The position numbers and the translations under genes are program-made. A model generated the notes under the pieces. The model had not been told where the DNA came from and searched no databases. It saw only the letters and a program-made list of their open reading frames with translations. Positions 1 to 9,845 of a stretch of 20,000 bases of DNA are shown here, in pieces (positions within the stretch are counted from its first letter, which is position 1; each line of letters opens with the position of its first letter). This stretch comes from an uncultured virus (IMG/VR IMGVR_UViG_3300021091_000050) (lineage: Duplodnaviria > Heunggongvirae > Uroviricota > Caudoviricetes): IMG/VR virus record IMGVR_UViG_3300021091_000050; one strand, given 5' to 3'.

Positions 1-3000
1 TCTAAATTTATCTTTAAACTTCCCAATAGCCTCACTAAGACTATTGATAACTTTATCAAAGAAATTAGCTTTTAATGCTTTTGCTCCCTCGTCAATCGCC
101 TCAGCAATTGTTATACCTCTAGCAGTAGCCTGAGATGGTGTTTGTGCATCTGGTTTTTTATCTTTTCCTCCGACATCTTTGCCAATTCCTTTGCCTATGG
201 TTTCTGCGGTTTTTAAGCCACTGATCCAGTCTTTTATACCCCTACCAATACCAACAACCCAATCACTCGCACTCCCTATGGCATCCATAGTGCTGTTTGC
301 AACGCTATCAACACCACCAAGAATTTTATCTTGAATATTCTTTAAAACGTCATCCCCCATTTCGGTAATATCTCTAATAGAACCAAGAACTGCTTTAACT
401 CCATTACCTATACCCTCAGTTACGGCTATCGCTTTCTCTTCTGCGGTTTCCAGACCAGAGTTAAGTCCGCTAGTTGCTTCATTTGCGATACCTTTCACTG
501 AATCGCCAACTTTTTCAAAAATATTTCCTATTGCATCAGCTGGTTTTGCCAGGATATCAACAGCCATACCAACAAGGCTATCCAAACCAATTTTGTCATA
601 AAACCATCCAAGTCCAAAACCCAATTTCTTTGGTAAATCAACAAGAATTGTTCTTAAAAATTCAGCAAACATTTCTGCCATTTTTTGAAGAATCTTTCCC
701 CATCCAGAAATCAATCCGCCAAAAATACCTACCAATTTACCGACTAATGTTATTGCCCCACCAGTTAATGTAAACAATGCTTTAATCATCAACTGTACGG
801 ATTCTTTGATCAAATCAACAAGTGCTTTTTGTAGATTTGTCCATATCCGTACAACTTCTTGGACTAGCGCAACAACAGCTCTTGGTATTGCAAAAAATGC
901 ATTAATAATTCCTTTGAGTAAATATTGAATAACAATTATTACAGCATCTGCCATTCTTTCAAATATATTTGTTATTAGACCAAGAACTTTAAATACAATA
1001 TCAATTAAGAATATAAATGGAGTTTTAAATATTGTAATTAAACCTGTAAATACCTTACTTGCTGCTTCTTTCATTCCATCGAAAGCTTTACCCATAGCCT
1101 TCTTGGACTCCTCTCCACCGCCCTTGAAATAACCAATAAGATTTCTTATGAACTGAATTATTGGACCAATAAATCCAATAATTCCCTTAACTGCCAGAGA
1201 TACACCGCTCAAAACTCTTCTGATCACTGGTTCAAGAGTCTTTTCAAAGAAGGCTTTAAATTTCTCAGTAAATGCCAAAACTTTTTCAGAAATTGAACCA
1301 ACGACTTGTCTTATGTTTTCACCACCATCTTTTGCATCTTTAGCACCACTGCCAAACAAAGAAGCAAAGAAGTCTTTAAAGACTCCGACAAGAACTCCAA
1401 AGATAGCTTTAATATTTTCAAAAGCGGCTTTAAAGTTATCCATAATATTTTGGGCTTTACCACCCATATTCTCAAATGTCTTTTTAAGAACCATTATTGC
1501 AAGCGCAATTGCTGTAATTATAATCAATATTGGAGCACTAACCTTAGAGAATCTTTGCATCAATCCAATTACTTTATTCATAGGACCGGCAAGAAGCATT
1601 CCTGCTGGGCCAAGTTGATAGGTGAGCATGCTCGCCATAGAACCGCCCATTCTGATGGCTCCCTTAAATGCCTTCCCAACCCCACCCATTGTCTTTCCAA
1701 TCATTCCAGCGCCGCGAGATGTCGTACCGTCTTGATTTGTAATAACATCTCTTCTGAAGAGACCCTTCTTTGTTATAGTGCTTCCATTTGCGCCTTCAAC
1801 TGTTCTTGCTTGACCGCCGACCCCGAACAACCCTTGCGTGACTGCAAATACTGGTCTTGTAATTGCCCGACCAGCGGCTTTAAGAGGAACTGCAGCAACC
1901 CTGCCAGCAGCTAGTGCAATCTCCTTAGCACCGTTCGCTAGAACCTTCCCAGCAGCCGTCAAACCCCTTCCAGCCATATTTAAAGCTTCTTTTGGATCAG
2001 TGAACGCTTTATGGATAAATTTAGCTGTATTTGAACCAGCAACCAGTAAACCGCCAACCCCTAGTTGCAACATCTGGACTGTCTTGAGGAATACCTGTCC
2101 AGCTTGTGTATTCTGAATAAAATCAAGACCGCCAAGAGCAATGAATATTTTTTTAGCAGTGTTTACAACTTGTGGCATAACTGACTGAATCTGTGCGCCT
2201 GCTGCTATTAAACCTTTCGCCATTATGATTGTAGAAGTAACTGGCGATTTGATAATTTCTTTTTCAATTTGATAAGCAGTCTTTATCATCTTTTTACCAA
2301 TTGAAATTGTTGTAGTTTTAGCAGTCTCCATTGCATTCAGTATGGGAGGACCATAAAGGTTTCCAATTGCCTGAATGTTATCTTTAATTGGAATAAGTTT
2401 CATTGCAAACTTTGATGGAATTACCCCAACAACTTTAGAGAGTCTTGTTATTGGAGCAAATAAGAGACTCTCTGCTTTAGCAATTTGTCTTGCTTCAATT
2501 TCTGTTTTTCTTATCTGCCTAGAGGAACTTGCTGGACCAATACCTCTTTCTTTTTCAACTCTTGCTTTCGCCATTTCATAGCGTTCTCTTGGATTTAATG
2601 CATATCTAACTTGCTGAGCATCTGTGCCAATTTTTTTAGCAATAATATTCTTTAACAAAACGGCAATTTCGCTAAGTCCGCCAGTTGCAACAGCAGATCC
2701 AACTCTTGCAACACCTCTTCCTGTTATTGGGATGCCAGCAATTTCACGAACTTTTGGTGTAGGTGGTACATATTTATCTTTACTTGGGCGTGGTGGGATA
2801 AGAGCCTTAAGTTGATCAAAACTACTCATACCCATTGCAATAGGGGTTAGACCAGACGTTCCTGCTGCCGCAGCAGCAAGCTTGGCTTCTGCTGCAGCCC
2901 TTCTTGTGTTTGTCCAAACTGGATTTATTGTGGAGATGCTTGCTCGCTCAGCCAAATTGCGAACACGATCACGGACTGTCTTTAATTCATTTGTAGCACT

Positions 3001-6000
3001 TACTGAATCAAGAAGCTTTTTACGCAAAAGATCTGCAGCATTAACATACACTGGTCCAGATGGGGGCTTCGCTGCATTTTCTTCCATAAGTTTTTTCAAA
3101 CTTGCTGGGGTTAATATTGGCTGTTGTGGAATAGCAGATGATGGAACATCTCGCTCAGGGGGTGAAGCCTGTGGGGTTGTTGTTGTGGGTTTTGGAGCTC
3201 TTGGAAGTTGAGGAATAGCTGGAGTTGTTTGAGCTGCGGCTTGTGTTGCTTTTTCTATTGGTTTAACTGCTACTTGTTGAATTGCAACATCTGTTGCAAC
3301 CCCGAGTTCAGAAAGTTTGTCAATAATAATTTTCTTATAATCTTTTGCTTGTCTTTGTTTTCCTGTCTCGTCTCTAGTTTTTGCACCAGCTACATACTCT
3401 GCAAGATATCTTAATTCTTGAACTGTATATTGTTTTAATGAATCCATGCTTGCGCCATATACTTTAACTTGTTCAGCGACCTGCTGCATTCTTGCTCTTA
3501 TTTGTTCTCTTGTTTCTCCAGCAACTTTAGTAGTTGTTTCTTTTGGAGTTATTGGTATAACTTTTCCTTTATTAGGACCAAATTGAGGCGTGACCTGTCC
3601 AGCAGCCTGCTCGCCAAATTTCTGTAATTTGGCTCTTTGTTGCATTACAGCAGCATAAAGTGATTCAAGACTTCCGTTTCCGGCAACAACTGTAGCCTTA
3701 ATTGCTTCTACGACTTTTGTAACATCACCTTTGACTTTTGAAATTGGAGCATCAAGACCTGCTGCTGCTTTTGGTGCTCTGTTTCTAAGTTCAGCAATAA
3801 GCGCTTCAAATTGTTTAGCTGGTAAATTAAGAGTAGCTTGAAGTTGCTGAAGAACTGTATCAAAACCAAATGCTCCACCGCTAATTTTTGGAAGACTAGC
3901 TAGAGCTTTTGCTTGTGCTTGTTCCATTTCAGCTTCTAATTTAGTTTTTACTTTTGAAAGAATGCCTATTTGCTTTTTATATCCTTTACCTTTAACTTCA
4001 CCAAGTCTATTTATTTCAGCTATTAATTCTTGAATTTGTTCTTCAAATTCATTAACTTGTTTTATCAAAGCCCTTCTTTGAGCAGTATCAAGTTTTTCTA
4101 AACCCTTTTGCGGAACTGGTCTTGTAGAAGCAGCAGGCATTGGATAACCGCCGAGGGCTCGTGGTTTTATTGGCTTTGGAGTAGGAGCTTCTCCAACAAC
4201 TTTTATAGCCGCTTGCGCTTCTGTAAGTTCTTTCCTACCTAAACTAATTTCTTCATCAATTTTTTTTATTTCTTTTTTTAAAGAAAGAATTTGTTTTTCT
4301 CGTGCAGACATTGTTGCTTTTAATTTTTCTTTAGCCTCAGTAGCTTCATCTTTTGCAACAATCGTTTGTTCTTTCAATTTAACATCGGCAGCAGTATGTG
4401 TTACCTGTTTAGCTAGACTAGCTAAAGTTGCTTTTCCTTCTTCTATTGTTAAAAGCAGTTCCGTTTCTTTGCCTTGTTCTTTTCTTTGTATACTTTCAAG
4501 TTTATGCAAAGTTGCAATTTTTTTTGTATGTTCTGCTTCTGATTTTCCTATTGCTGCAGCAATTTTATTAATATTTTTTAATGTCTCACCGACAAGAATT
4601 TTCGCAGCAACAGGTCTTGCTGCTACCATTGCTGATTTGATTAAACGATCATATGTCGCTCTTTGTTTTTTATTTAAAGAAGCAATTTTTTGTTCTATTG
4701 CTTTATCTTGAGCAACAGTATCTAATTCTTCAAATGCTTCTGGTTCTTTAATCTTACCCAATTGTTCTAAAAGCTCAATTTTTCTTTCTCTGACTAATTT
4801 ATTAATTGTTTCTGTTAATTTATCTTCTGGTATTACAATTGGTGCAAACTGTGCAGACGTAGCAAGTGGCAAATCAGTGTCGTATGGGCTTATCTTTGGG
4901 CCTGTTGGTACTGTCGGTATTTTTGGATATGCACCTAATTCTTCTTCGTGTGATGCATAAGGTGAATATTGTCGACTTGCCATAGGCAATGTTGGCTTTA
5001 TTTCTTTTTGTCTATTTAATATACTAAATAATTTATTCCTTGATTCTGTTGTATACGGAGTAAGTTGTTGTTTAGTACTTACTCCAGTCTCTGGATTCTC
5101 CACCATCTCGAATGGTGTTCTTATTTGCTCAAAAGCTATTCTAAGCTGTCTTCTAGCTGAAGAAACACCTTCAGCAACGCGATCCATGCGTTCTCTTAAT
5201 GGAGCAAGTCTTGCTCTAATTACTGAATCAATAACAACTTCAGAAGCAGTTGGCATTGATGCAATAACTTTTTGTATAACTCGTTGAACTTCTAAATCAA
5301 GTTTTTTCTGAAGGCCTTCATAATATTTTAATTTTTTACGAAGACCTGTAACAATTCGGGCATGCATTTTCCCTTCAACAGCAGTCATCTCTCTTGGAGG
5401 CACACCTTCTTCTGCAGGTTTGCCTTCTATCATTTCTTTTTCATATTTTGCATCAGCTGTTGCTTGTCTTGCTGTTGTGTGTCCTAAAGCTGCAAATAAA
5501 GGATTAAGATAGGTTGCTGATCTGATATTAAGAGCTGTTTTCTGTCCACCAGCAAATGCGTTTAGCCTTTCTTGTGCGCCAGCACCAGAAAGTGATCTTT
5601 TAAGTGTTTCAAAAGTTCTTTTTTGTATAGAAACTGCAAAGTCACTCATTTGTGCGACAGTAGAGGGTATCTCAAGCCCAAGGTTTGTTAGCAATTCAAT
5701 AAAAGATTGTTTTGTAAGTTTAATTTTTTTAGAAACAGATACAGCAGTTTTCTTAGCTTCAGATACTTTTGTTTCTGTTTCTTTGGCAACGGTTTCTGCT
5801 TGTTTAATATCATTTGATGCCTGTTGAGCAACTTGATTTTGAGAAGATGTTGCTTGAGTTGCAGCAGGTACAAGTGGTGCTGGTTGTGTTGTTGCTGCTG
5901 CTTTGGTCTGATTTTTAGATTGTGCAACAGCCGTTGGAGATGCTGTTATACCTAATTTACGTCTTTGGGCAGAATTGGCTATTTCTTGATCTCTTTCGGC

Positions 6001-9000
6001 TTTCCTTGCGACAACAAAAGGAATCGATCCAAACATTCCACCCATACGACGCTGCGCTTGTGCGGCAAAATTTTTGAAGTCCATCACGTCGAAAGCGAGA
6101 TCTTTTAGATTTTTTAGCGTAGATGGCAAAATTTTTGAAGTAACTCGTTCGACAGCCTCTGCTACTTGTGGAATTGCTGGTCTTAATGGTCTTTTTCTTG
6201 TTCTTGTTCCACTAGAAGCATTCTGTCCGCCTCCTGTGGGTTGTGGTGCTGGTTGTGTTGTTGTTGGCTGTGCTGGTCTAGAAGTCGTTGTCTGCTGAGC
6301 TGGAGGTGCGTTTGGCTGAGAAGGCTGTCCTGGTCTTGTACCCGTTCCTGTATTGACAACACGCCCAGGACTGCAAATACACTTTTGAATTGCCTGAAGA
6401 ATTGCCATTAACTTTGTATAATATTGGGCAGATACTGGTTTTTGCTGTCCAGTTGTTCTTGTCGTAGCTGTTGCTTGCCCCGCAGAAGAAGTTGAAGGTG
6501 TTTTAACAACACCAAATGGTGTTATAATACCGCCTGCTGCTGAATTTGCTCCAACCCTTGGAGTTAAGCTGCTTGTTTTCTTAGATGCTCTTTGTGTAGC
6601 TTTAATTACGGCTTCATTCATTCCTTTAATCAGGTCTATTGTGTATTGCTCAATGACCTTTGCTGGATTTTGTAAATTCCGTGTAGCGGTGACAGTACTT
6701 GCATCCAAGCCCGAAAGGTTTGCCGACCCAGTAGGTAACACCATCTGATCGAGGGGGCCAGCCTGTGTGCCCCTTTTTGCTGCAACTGTATTTGCAGCCT
6801 GAACTCTTAAATATTCTTTTCTGCCAACTAAACCTTTAATTGATTTTTGATATATTGATTTTTCAGCAAAAGAAATTTTTTCTCCAGCATCAATTTTTTC
6901 TTGAATTGGGGCGGCTCTTTCCAGTCTCTTTAAATTTGCTTTAGAAACAAAAATATTTCCATCTTTCCCAACTTTTCTAAAATTTCCTCCTAATCTTGTA
7001 AGAAGGCTTGTAGATTCTGCAATTGTTCCATTTAAAGAAACCATATCATCTTTAAATTTTAATACACCCTTAGAACGCATCATTGAGAAAGAACCAGCAA
7101 TTTGAGCAATAGCACCAAAAGTCCTAAGAACAGGGCCAAGTGTTGCAAGAAGAATCAAAACAACACCAATAAGTTTCTTGGTTCCCGATGGGAGGAGCTG
7201 AATCCATGTACTAATTTTTTCAAGAATTGGATTAATTGCTGAAAGCAAATCACCAAATACAATCGTTAGCTCTCTTGCTATTGATTTAATACTTTCTCTT
7301 GACCGACCATAACGAACTTGCAAAGAGCCTTGAACCCTTTCTAGCTCTGCTTCTAATGTCTCTTTCGTAACAGCAGTTCCAAACATTGCTCCAGATAATA
7401 TTTTTCCAGACTCAGTTTGAATTGAATCAAAGCGTGTGCCAAAAAGAGTATTTCCCTTTTCTACTTCTTTATTGTACCCTTTTGTTTCACTTGTTATATT
7501 TTTAAGTCTTTTAACCTCGGCTTCTTGAGCTTTTTGAATAATTAAAGCTCTTGCAGTAAAGGCCCCATCTTTATCCTTTTCTTGAGATTGGCCTATTACA
7601 TCCTGTATATCTTTAATTTTATTCAGTTGGACAAGTTCAACTTGTTGTCCTTCAGTAGTCCTACCTCTTTGGCTATTTAGTCTTAGTTGAGCATTAATTT
7701 GTTTTTCAAGATCTTTTGCCAATTTGTTTTCAGCAGAACCAACTTTGTCTAATGATTGCTGGTATTCAGACATTTGCTTAATTGAAACTTCCATTCTTGG
7801 GCCCTGGCGAACACCAAACAGTTCCGCAAAGAATGTCAGAGCACCCGCATCGCCCAGTTTGTCTTGAAGTTTTGTATAACCATCAATTAAGTCCTGAATG
7901 CCCTCGGAACCAACTTTTGTTGAAAGACGAAAATCTTTTCCGAGAACCCTTGTCAATGCTTTAATGATGTCTTGATTCTTTTTGGTTGGGGCAATAAGTC
8001 TTTGTAATGAAACTTTAATTGAGTTTGCAGAAGCACCAACTTGGAACCCAGCACCAACCATTGGTGCCAATAAAGCCGCAGTTGTCTGCATATTTAAACC
8101 GAAAGATGTTGCTGCAGCAGAAACTTCTGGGAAAGCATCTGCCATGTCTTTCAAAGAAAGAGTTGTCTTATTTTCAGCAAAGTTGAAGAATGCAATTGCA
8201 CCGCGAACTTCTTCAACCATTTGATTGATTGCTTTAGTCCCAGTAACTGCCAAACCTTGATCTCTTCTAACTCTTGCAATTTGTTGATAGATTGCTTGAA
8301 TTGCAGCTTGAGCTTGAGTAATGTCAACGTTACCAAGTTTTTCAAACTCAGCTGTAAATTGTGCAAGGTTCGCTAGTGCTTTAGGATCTGAAATACCAAT
8401 TTCGGCAAAATCTCCTGCAAGACCCTGTACAAGTTCTCTTGAGACACCCCAACTAATTGATAGTTTATCTAATCTAGTATCAAGTTCTGCCATAGCAGCG
8501 TTATATGCCTTGATACCATCTGCTCCTGTTGAGAAACTATCTGCGATAAGCTTCCCTGTTCTTATGACTTCTTTATCAAGAGCTTTTAATGATTGGAAAC
8601 CTGTACGAAGGAACATCGATATGGGGAGAGAAAGACCATATGTCATTCTCATTCCCGCATAAGATAATGTTTGAGCACTCTTATTGAATTTCTTACCCAA
8701 CTCATTAAAATTCATTGCTCTTTGAGTATTAGTTAACTCTTTTTGCATTGCATTTACACTTTCAAGTTGGGACTTGTAAGCTTTCAATGGACCTGTGTTA
8801 AAACCAGTTTTTGTACTTAATCCGTGTCTACGATTTGCTGATTCTAATTGTTTAATAGAAATTTCAAGCTGCGCTATCGTTGTTTTATTTTTTTTGAATG
8901 CAGCATCAAGACCAGCTAGGTCTGCTTTTGCTTTAGAAAAAGAGGCGGACAAACCTCTGCCTTCCTTGGAAATTTGATTAAGAGTCCTTGAGATTGCGCC

Positions 9001-9150
9001 GCCACTAGAATTAGCAGCTCTTTGTGATCTATTAAAGCCATTAATGCTTGCAATGGTTTGCAACATTGAGCGCTGCATCCCAGCCATCGCGTTTTCAAAT
9101 GCTCTGTCAATTATGGCATTTACAGTTACATTTGCATTTGCACTCGTCAT
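1..9150 (-). CDS. Tail tape measure protein, >3,050 aa, 3' end outside the window
   Basis: ATG at 9150 (MTSANANVTVNAIIDRAFENAMAG...). The frame is still open at base 1 (...INSLSEAIGKFKDKFR); I found no in-frame stop on reading it, which fits its absence from the ORF track. TP901-type TMP core near 7980-8200 (LSLKDMADAFPEVSAAATSFGLNMQTTAALLAPMVGAGFQVGASANSIKVSLQRLIAPTK). Hydrophobic segments near 7130-7180 and 1490-1540, with amphipathic helical repeats at ~500-1480. Lies directly after the chaperone pair. Confidence 0.93.
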   Translation of the reverse strand, partial: MTSANANVTVNAIIDRAFENAMAGMQRSMLQTIASINGFNRSQRAANSSGGAISRTLNQISKEGRGLSASFSKAKADLAGLDAAFKKNKTTIAQLEISIKQLESANRRHGLSTKTGFNTGPLKAYKSQLESVNAMQKELTNTQRAMNFNELGKKFNKSAQTLSYAGMRMTYGLSLPISMFLRTGFQSLKALDKEVIRTGKLIADSFSTGADGIKAYNAAMAELDTRLDKLSISWGVSRELVQGLAGDFAEIGISDPKALANLAQFTAEFEKLGNVDITQAQAAIQAIYQQIARVRRDQGLAVTGTKAINQMVEEVRGAIAFFNFAENKTTLSLKDMADAFPEVSAAATSFGLNMQTTAALLAPMVGAGFQVGASANSIKVSLQRLIAPTKKNQDIIKALTRVLGKDFRLSTKVGSEGIQDLIDGYTKLQDKLGDAGALTFFAELFGVRQGPRMEVSIKQMSEYQQSLDKVGSAENKLAKDLEKQINAQLRLNSQRGRTTEGQQVELVQLNKIKDIQDVIGQSQEKDKDGAFTARALIIQKAQEAEVKRLKNITSETKGYNKEVEKGNTLFGTRFDSIQTESGKILSGAMFGTAVTKETLEAELERVQGSLQVRYGRSRESIKSIARELTIVFGDLLSAINPILEKISTWIQLLPSGTKKLIGVVLILLATLGPVLRTFGAIAQIAGSFSMMRSKGVLKFKDDMVSLNGTIAESTSLLTRLGGNFRKVGKDGNIFVSKANLKRLERAAPIQEKIDAGEKISFAEKSIYQKSIKGLVGRKEYLRVQAANTVAAKRGTQAGPLDQMVLPTGSANLSGLDASTVTATRNLQNPAKVIEQYTIDLIKGMNEAVIKATQRASKKTSSLTPRVGANSAAGGIITPFGVVKTPSTSSAGQATATTRTTGQQKPVSAQYYTKLMAILQAIQKCICSPGRVVNTGTGTRPGQPSQPNAPPAQQTTTSRPAQPTTTQPAPQPTGGGQNASSGTRTRKRPLRPAIPQVAEAVERVTSKILPSTLKNLKDLAFDVMDFKNFAAQAQRRMGGMFGSIPFVVARKAERDQEIANSAQRRKLGITASPTAVAQSKNQTKAAATTQPAPLVPAATQATSSQNQVAQQASNDIKQAETVAKETETKVSEAKKTAVSVSKKIKLTKQSFIELLTNLGLEIPSTVAQMSDFAVSIQKRTFETLKRSLSGAGAQERLNAFAGGQKTALNIRSATYLNPLFAALGHTTARQATADAKYEKEMIEGKPAEEGVPPREMTAVEGKMHARIVTGLRKKLKYYEGLQKKLDLEVQRVIQKVIASMPTASEVVIDSVIRARLAPLRERMDRVAEGVSSARRQLRIAFEQIRTPFEMVENPETGVSTKQQLTPYTTESRNKLFSILNRQKEIKPTLPMASRQYSPYASHEEELGAYPKIPTVPTGPKISPYDTDLPLATSAQFAPIVIPEDKLTETINKLVRERKIELLEQLGKIKEPEAFEELDTVAQDKAIEQKIASLNKKQRATYDRLIKSAMVAARPVAAKILVGETLKNINKIAAAIGKSEAEHTKKIATLHKLESIQRKEQGKETELLLTIEEGKATLASLAKQVTHTAADVKLKEQTIVAKDEATEAKEKLKATMSAREKQILSLKKEIKKIDEEISLGRKELTEAQAAIKVVGEAPTPKPIKPRALGGYPMPAASTRPVPQKGLEKLDTAQRRALIKQVNEFEEQIQELIAEINRLGEVKGKGYKKQIGILSKVKTKLEAEMEQAQAKALASLPKISGGAFGFDTVLQQLQATLNLPAKQFEALIAELRNRAPKAAAGLDAPISKVKGDVTKVVEAIKATVVAGNGSLESLYAAVMQQRAKLQKFGEQAAGQVTPQFGPNKGKVIPITPKETTTKVAGETREQIRARMQQVAEQVKVYGASMDSLKQYTVQELRYLAEYVAGAKTRDETGKQRQAKDYKKIIIDKLSELGVATDVAIQQVAVKPIEKATQAAAQTTPAIPQLPRAPKPTTTTPQASPPERDVPSSAIPQQPILTPASLKKLMEENAAKPPSGPVYVNAADLLRKKLLDSVSATNELKTVRDRVRNLAERASISTINPVWTNTRRAAAEAKLAAAAAGTSGLTPIAMGMSSFDQLKALIPPRPSKDKYVPPTPKVREIAGIPITGRGVARVGSAVATGGLSEIAVLLKNIIAKKIGTDAQQVRYALNPRERYEMAKARVEKERGIGPASSSRQIRKTEIEARQIAKAESLLFAPITRLSKVVGVIPSKFAMKLIPIKDNIQAIGNLYGPPILNAMETAKTTTISIGKKMIKTAYQIEKEIIKSPVTSTIIMAKGLIAAGAQIQSVMPQVVNTAKKIFIALGGLDFIQNTQAGQVFLKTVQMLQLGVGGLLVAGSNTAKFIHKAFTDPKEALNMAGRGLTAAGKVLANGAKEIALAAGRVAAVPLKAAGRAITRPVFAVTQGLFGVGGQARTVEGANGSTITKKGLFRRDVITNQDGTTSRGAGMIGKTMGGVGKAFKGAIRMGGSMASMLTYQLGPAGMLLAGPMNKVIGLMQRFSKVSAPILIIITAIALAIMVLKKTFENMGGKAQNIMDNFKAAFENIKAIFGVLVGVFKDFFASLFGSGAKDAKDGGENIRQVVGSISEKVLAFTEKFKAFFEKTLEPVIRRVLSGVSLAVKGIIGFIGPIIQFIRNLIGYFKGGGEESKKAMGKAFDGMKEAASKVFTGLITIFKTPFIFLIDIVFKVLGLITNIFERMADAVIIVIQYLLKGIINAFFAIPRAVVALVQEVVRIWTNLQKALVDLIKESVQLMIKALFTLTGGAITLVGKLVGIFGGLISGWGKILQKMAEMFAEFLRTILVDLPKKLGFGLGWFYDKIGLDSLVGMAVDILAKPADAIGNIFEKVGDSVKGIANEATSGLNSGLETAEEKAIAVTEGIGNGVKAVLGSIRDITEMGDDVLKNIQDKILGGVDSVANSTMDAIGSASDWVVGIGRGIKDWISGLKTAETIGKGIGKDVGGKDKKPDAQTPSQATARGITIAEAIDEGAKALKANFFDKVINSLSEAIGKFKDKFR

Positions 9151-9164
9151 GATTGTCCCATTTA

Positions 9165-9193
9165 ATAATAATATATTACGTCAATAAACGCAA
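9165..9193 (-). promoter_or_regulatory. Putative sigma70/sigmaA-type promoter for the tape measure gene
   Basis: TTGCGT (9193-9188) - 17 nt - TATTAT (9170-9165), 14 nt upstream of the ATG in an AT-rich gap. Confidence 0.45.
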
Positions 9194-9196
9194 TTA

Positions 9197-9520
9197 TTAA
9201 TTACTCTCATAACCCAATCCAATGGGTATTGCACCAATATTTGAACTGTTAATAACCTCTGGCGGATCTGGATCGTACCAATCTTCATTAAGATCAACAT
9301 CAGCACCTTGCGAAGCTGCAAGCATTTTCATGTGTGAAGAATTTTCATTCATACATGCGCGATAAAGAAGAAACATCTCATCTAATGTGAGATTGTCTTC
9401 AAGTTCTGAGATGCTGCGCCATGCGCCAGTCCTTATAAAAATTTCGCATTCATATTTCAGGAGCGGAAGATCTTCCCATGATTGAGAAGATCCCTCCCCG
9501 CTCCCGTTTGTCAGGAAGGG
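9197..9520 (-). CDS. Tail assembly chaperone C-terminal extension (gpT-like), probably made only as a -1 frameshift fusion of ~205 aa
   Basis: Open -1 frame overlapping the end of the chaperone: PFLTNGSGEGSSQSWEDLPLLKYECEIFIRTGAWRSISELEDNLTLDEMFLLYRACMNENSSHMKMLAASQGADVDLNEDWYDPDPPEVINSSNIGAIPIGLGYESN, ending in TAA TAA. No early ATG. Occupies the lambda G-T position between tube and TMP. Confidence 0.85.
   Translation of the reverse strand, partial: PFLTNGSGEGSSQSWEDLPLLKYECEIFIRTGAWRSISELEDNLTLDEMFLLYRACMNENSSHMKMLAASQGADVDLNEDWYDPDPPEVINSSNIGAIPIGLGYESN
9458..9520 (-). promoter_or_regulatory. Programmed -1 ribosomal frameshift signal (slippery site plus downstream hairpin)
   Basis: C CCT TCC TGA at 9520-9511, then a 7-nt spacer after the heptamer, then the hairpin CGGGAGCGG-GGA-GGGATCTTCTCA-[ATCA]-TGGGAAGATCTT-CCGCTCCTG (9506-9458; 21 bp including G-U pairs, 3-nt bulge). 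Confidence 0.75.
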
Positions 9521-9813
9521 TCTGAACCCATTGCTGCTGACATCAGTTCACCGAAGCAACGGAGGTCAAGCGCATCCTCAAGTTTATCAAGATCTGCTGA
9601 AAGTTCAGCATCAACATTAGAGAGAGCAATCGATGCTGCCTCAACCATAATGTCAATATCTTTATCTTCAAGAGTATCATCCATCTTTAGATCCTTGACA
9701 ACCTTCATAAATTTACGAAGATTCCTGATTGTAAGAGGTCTAATAACTCTTTTCTTTCCATCGGCAAACAAAATCTCGGTCCCCCCGAGAATGTCTTTAT
9801 TCTTATCAGCCAT
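9511..9813 (-). CDS. Tail assembly chaperone (gpG-like), 100 aa
   Basis: MADKNKDILGGTEILFADGKKRVIRPLTIRNLRKFM...; the start is re-assigned to the ATG at 9813 behind an AAGGAG RBS (9831-9826); sits directly downstream of the tail tube gene. Confidence 0.85.
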   Translation of the reverse strand: MADKNKDILGGTEILFADGKKRVIRPLTIRNLRKFMKVVKDLKMDDTLEDKDIDIMVEAASIALSNVDAELSADLDKLEDALDLRCFGELMSAAMGSDPS

Positions 9814-9845
9814 TTTTAATTTTATCTCCTTAGTCAAGAGGGTAA

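Noticed and set aside
474..9110. The many short ORF-track entries inside 1-9150 (plus-strand ORFs and minus-strand 5688..5927, 8151..8366, 8916..9110)
   Set aside because: They are antisense or off-frame shadows of the continuous tape measure ORF, with no RBS or recognisable motifs.
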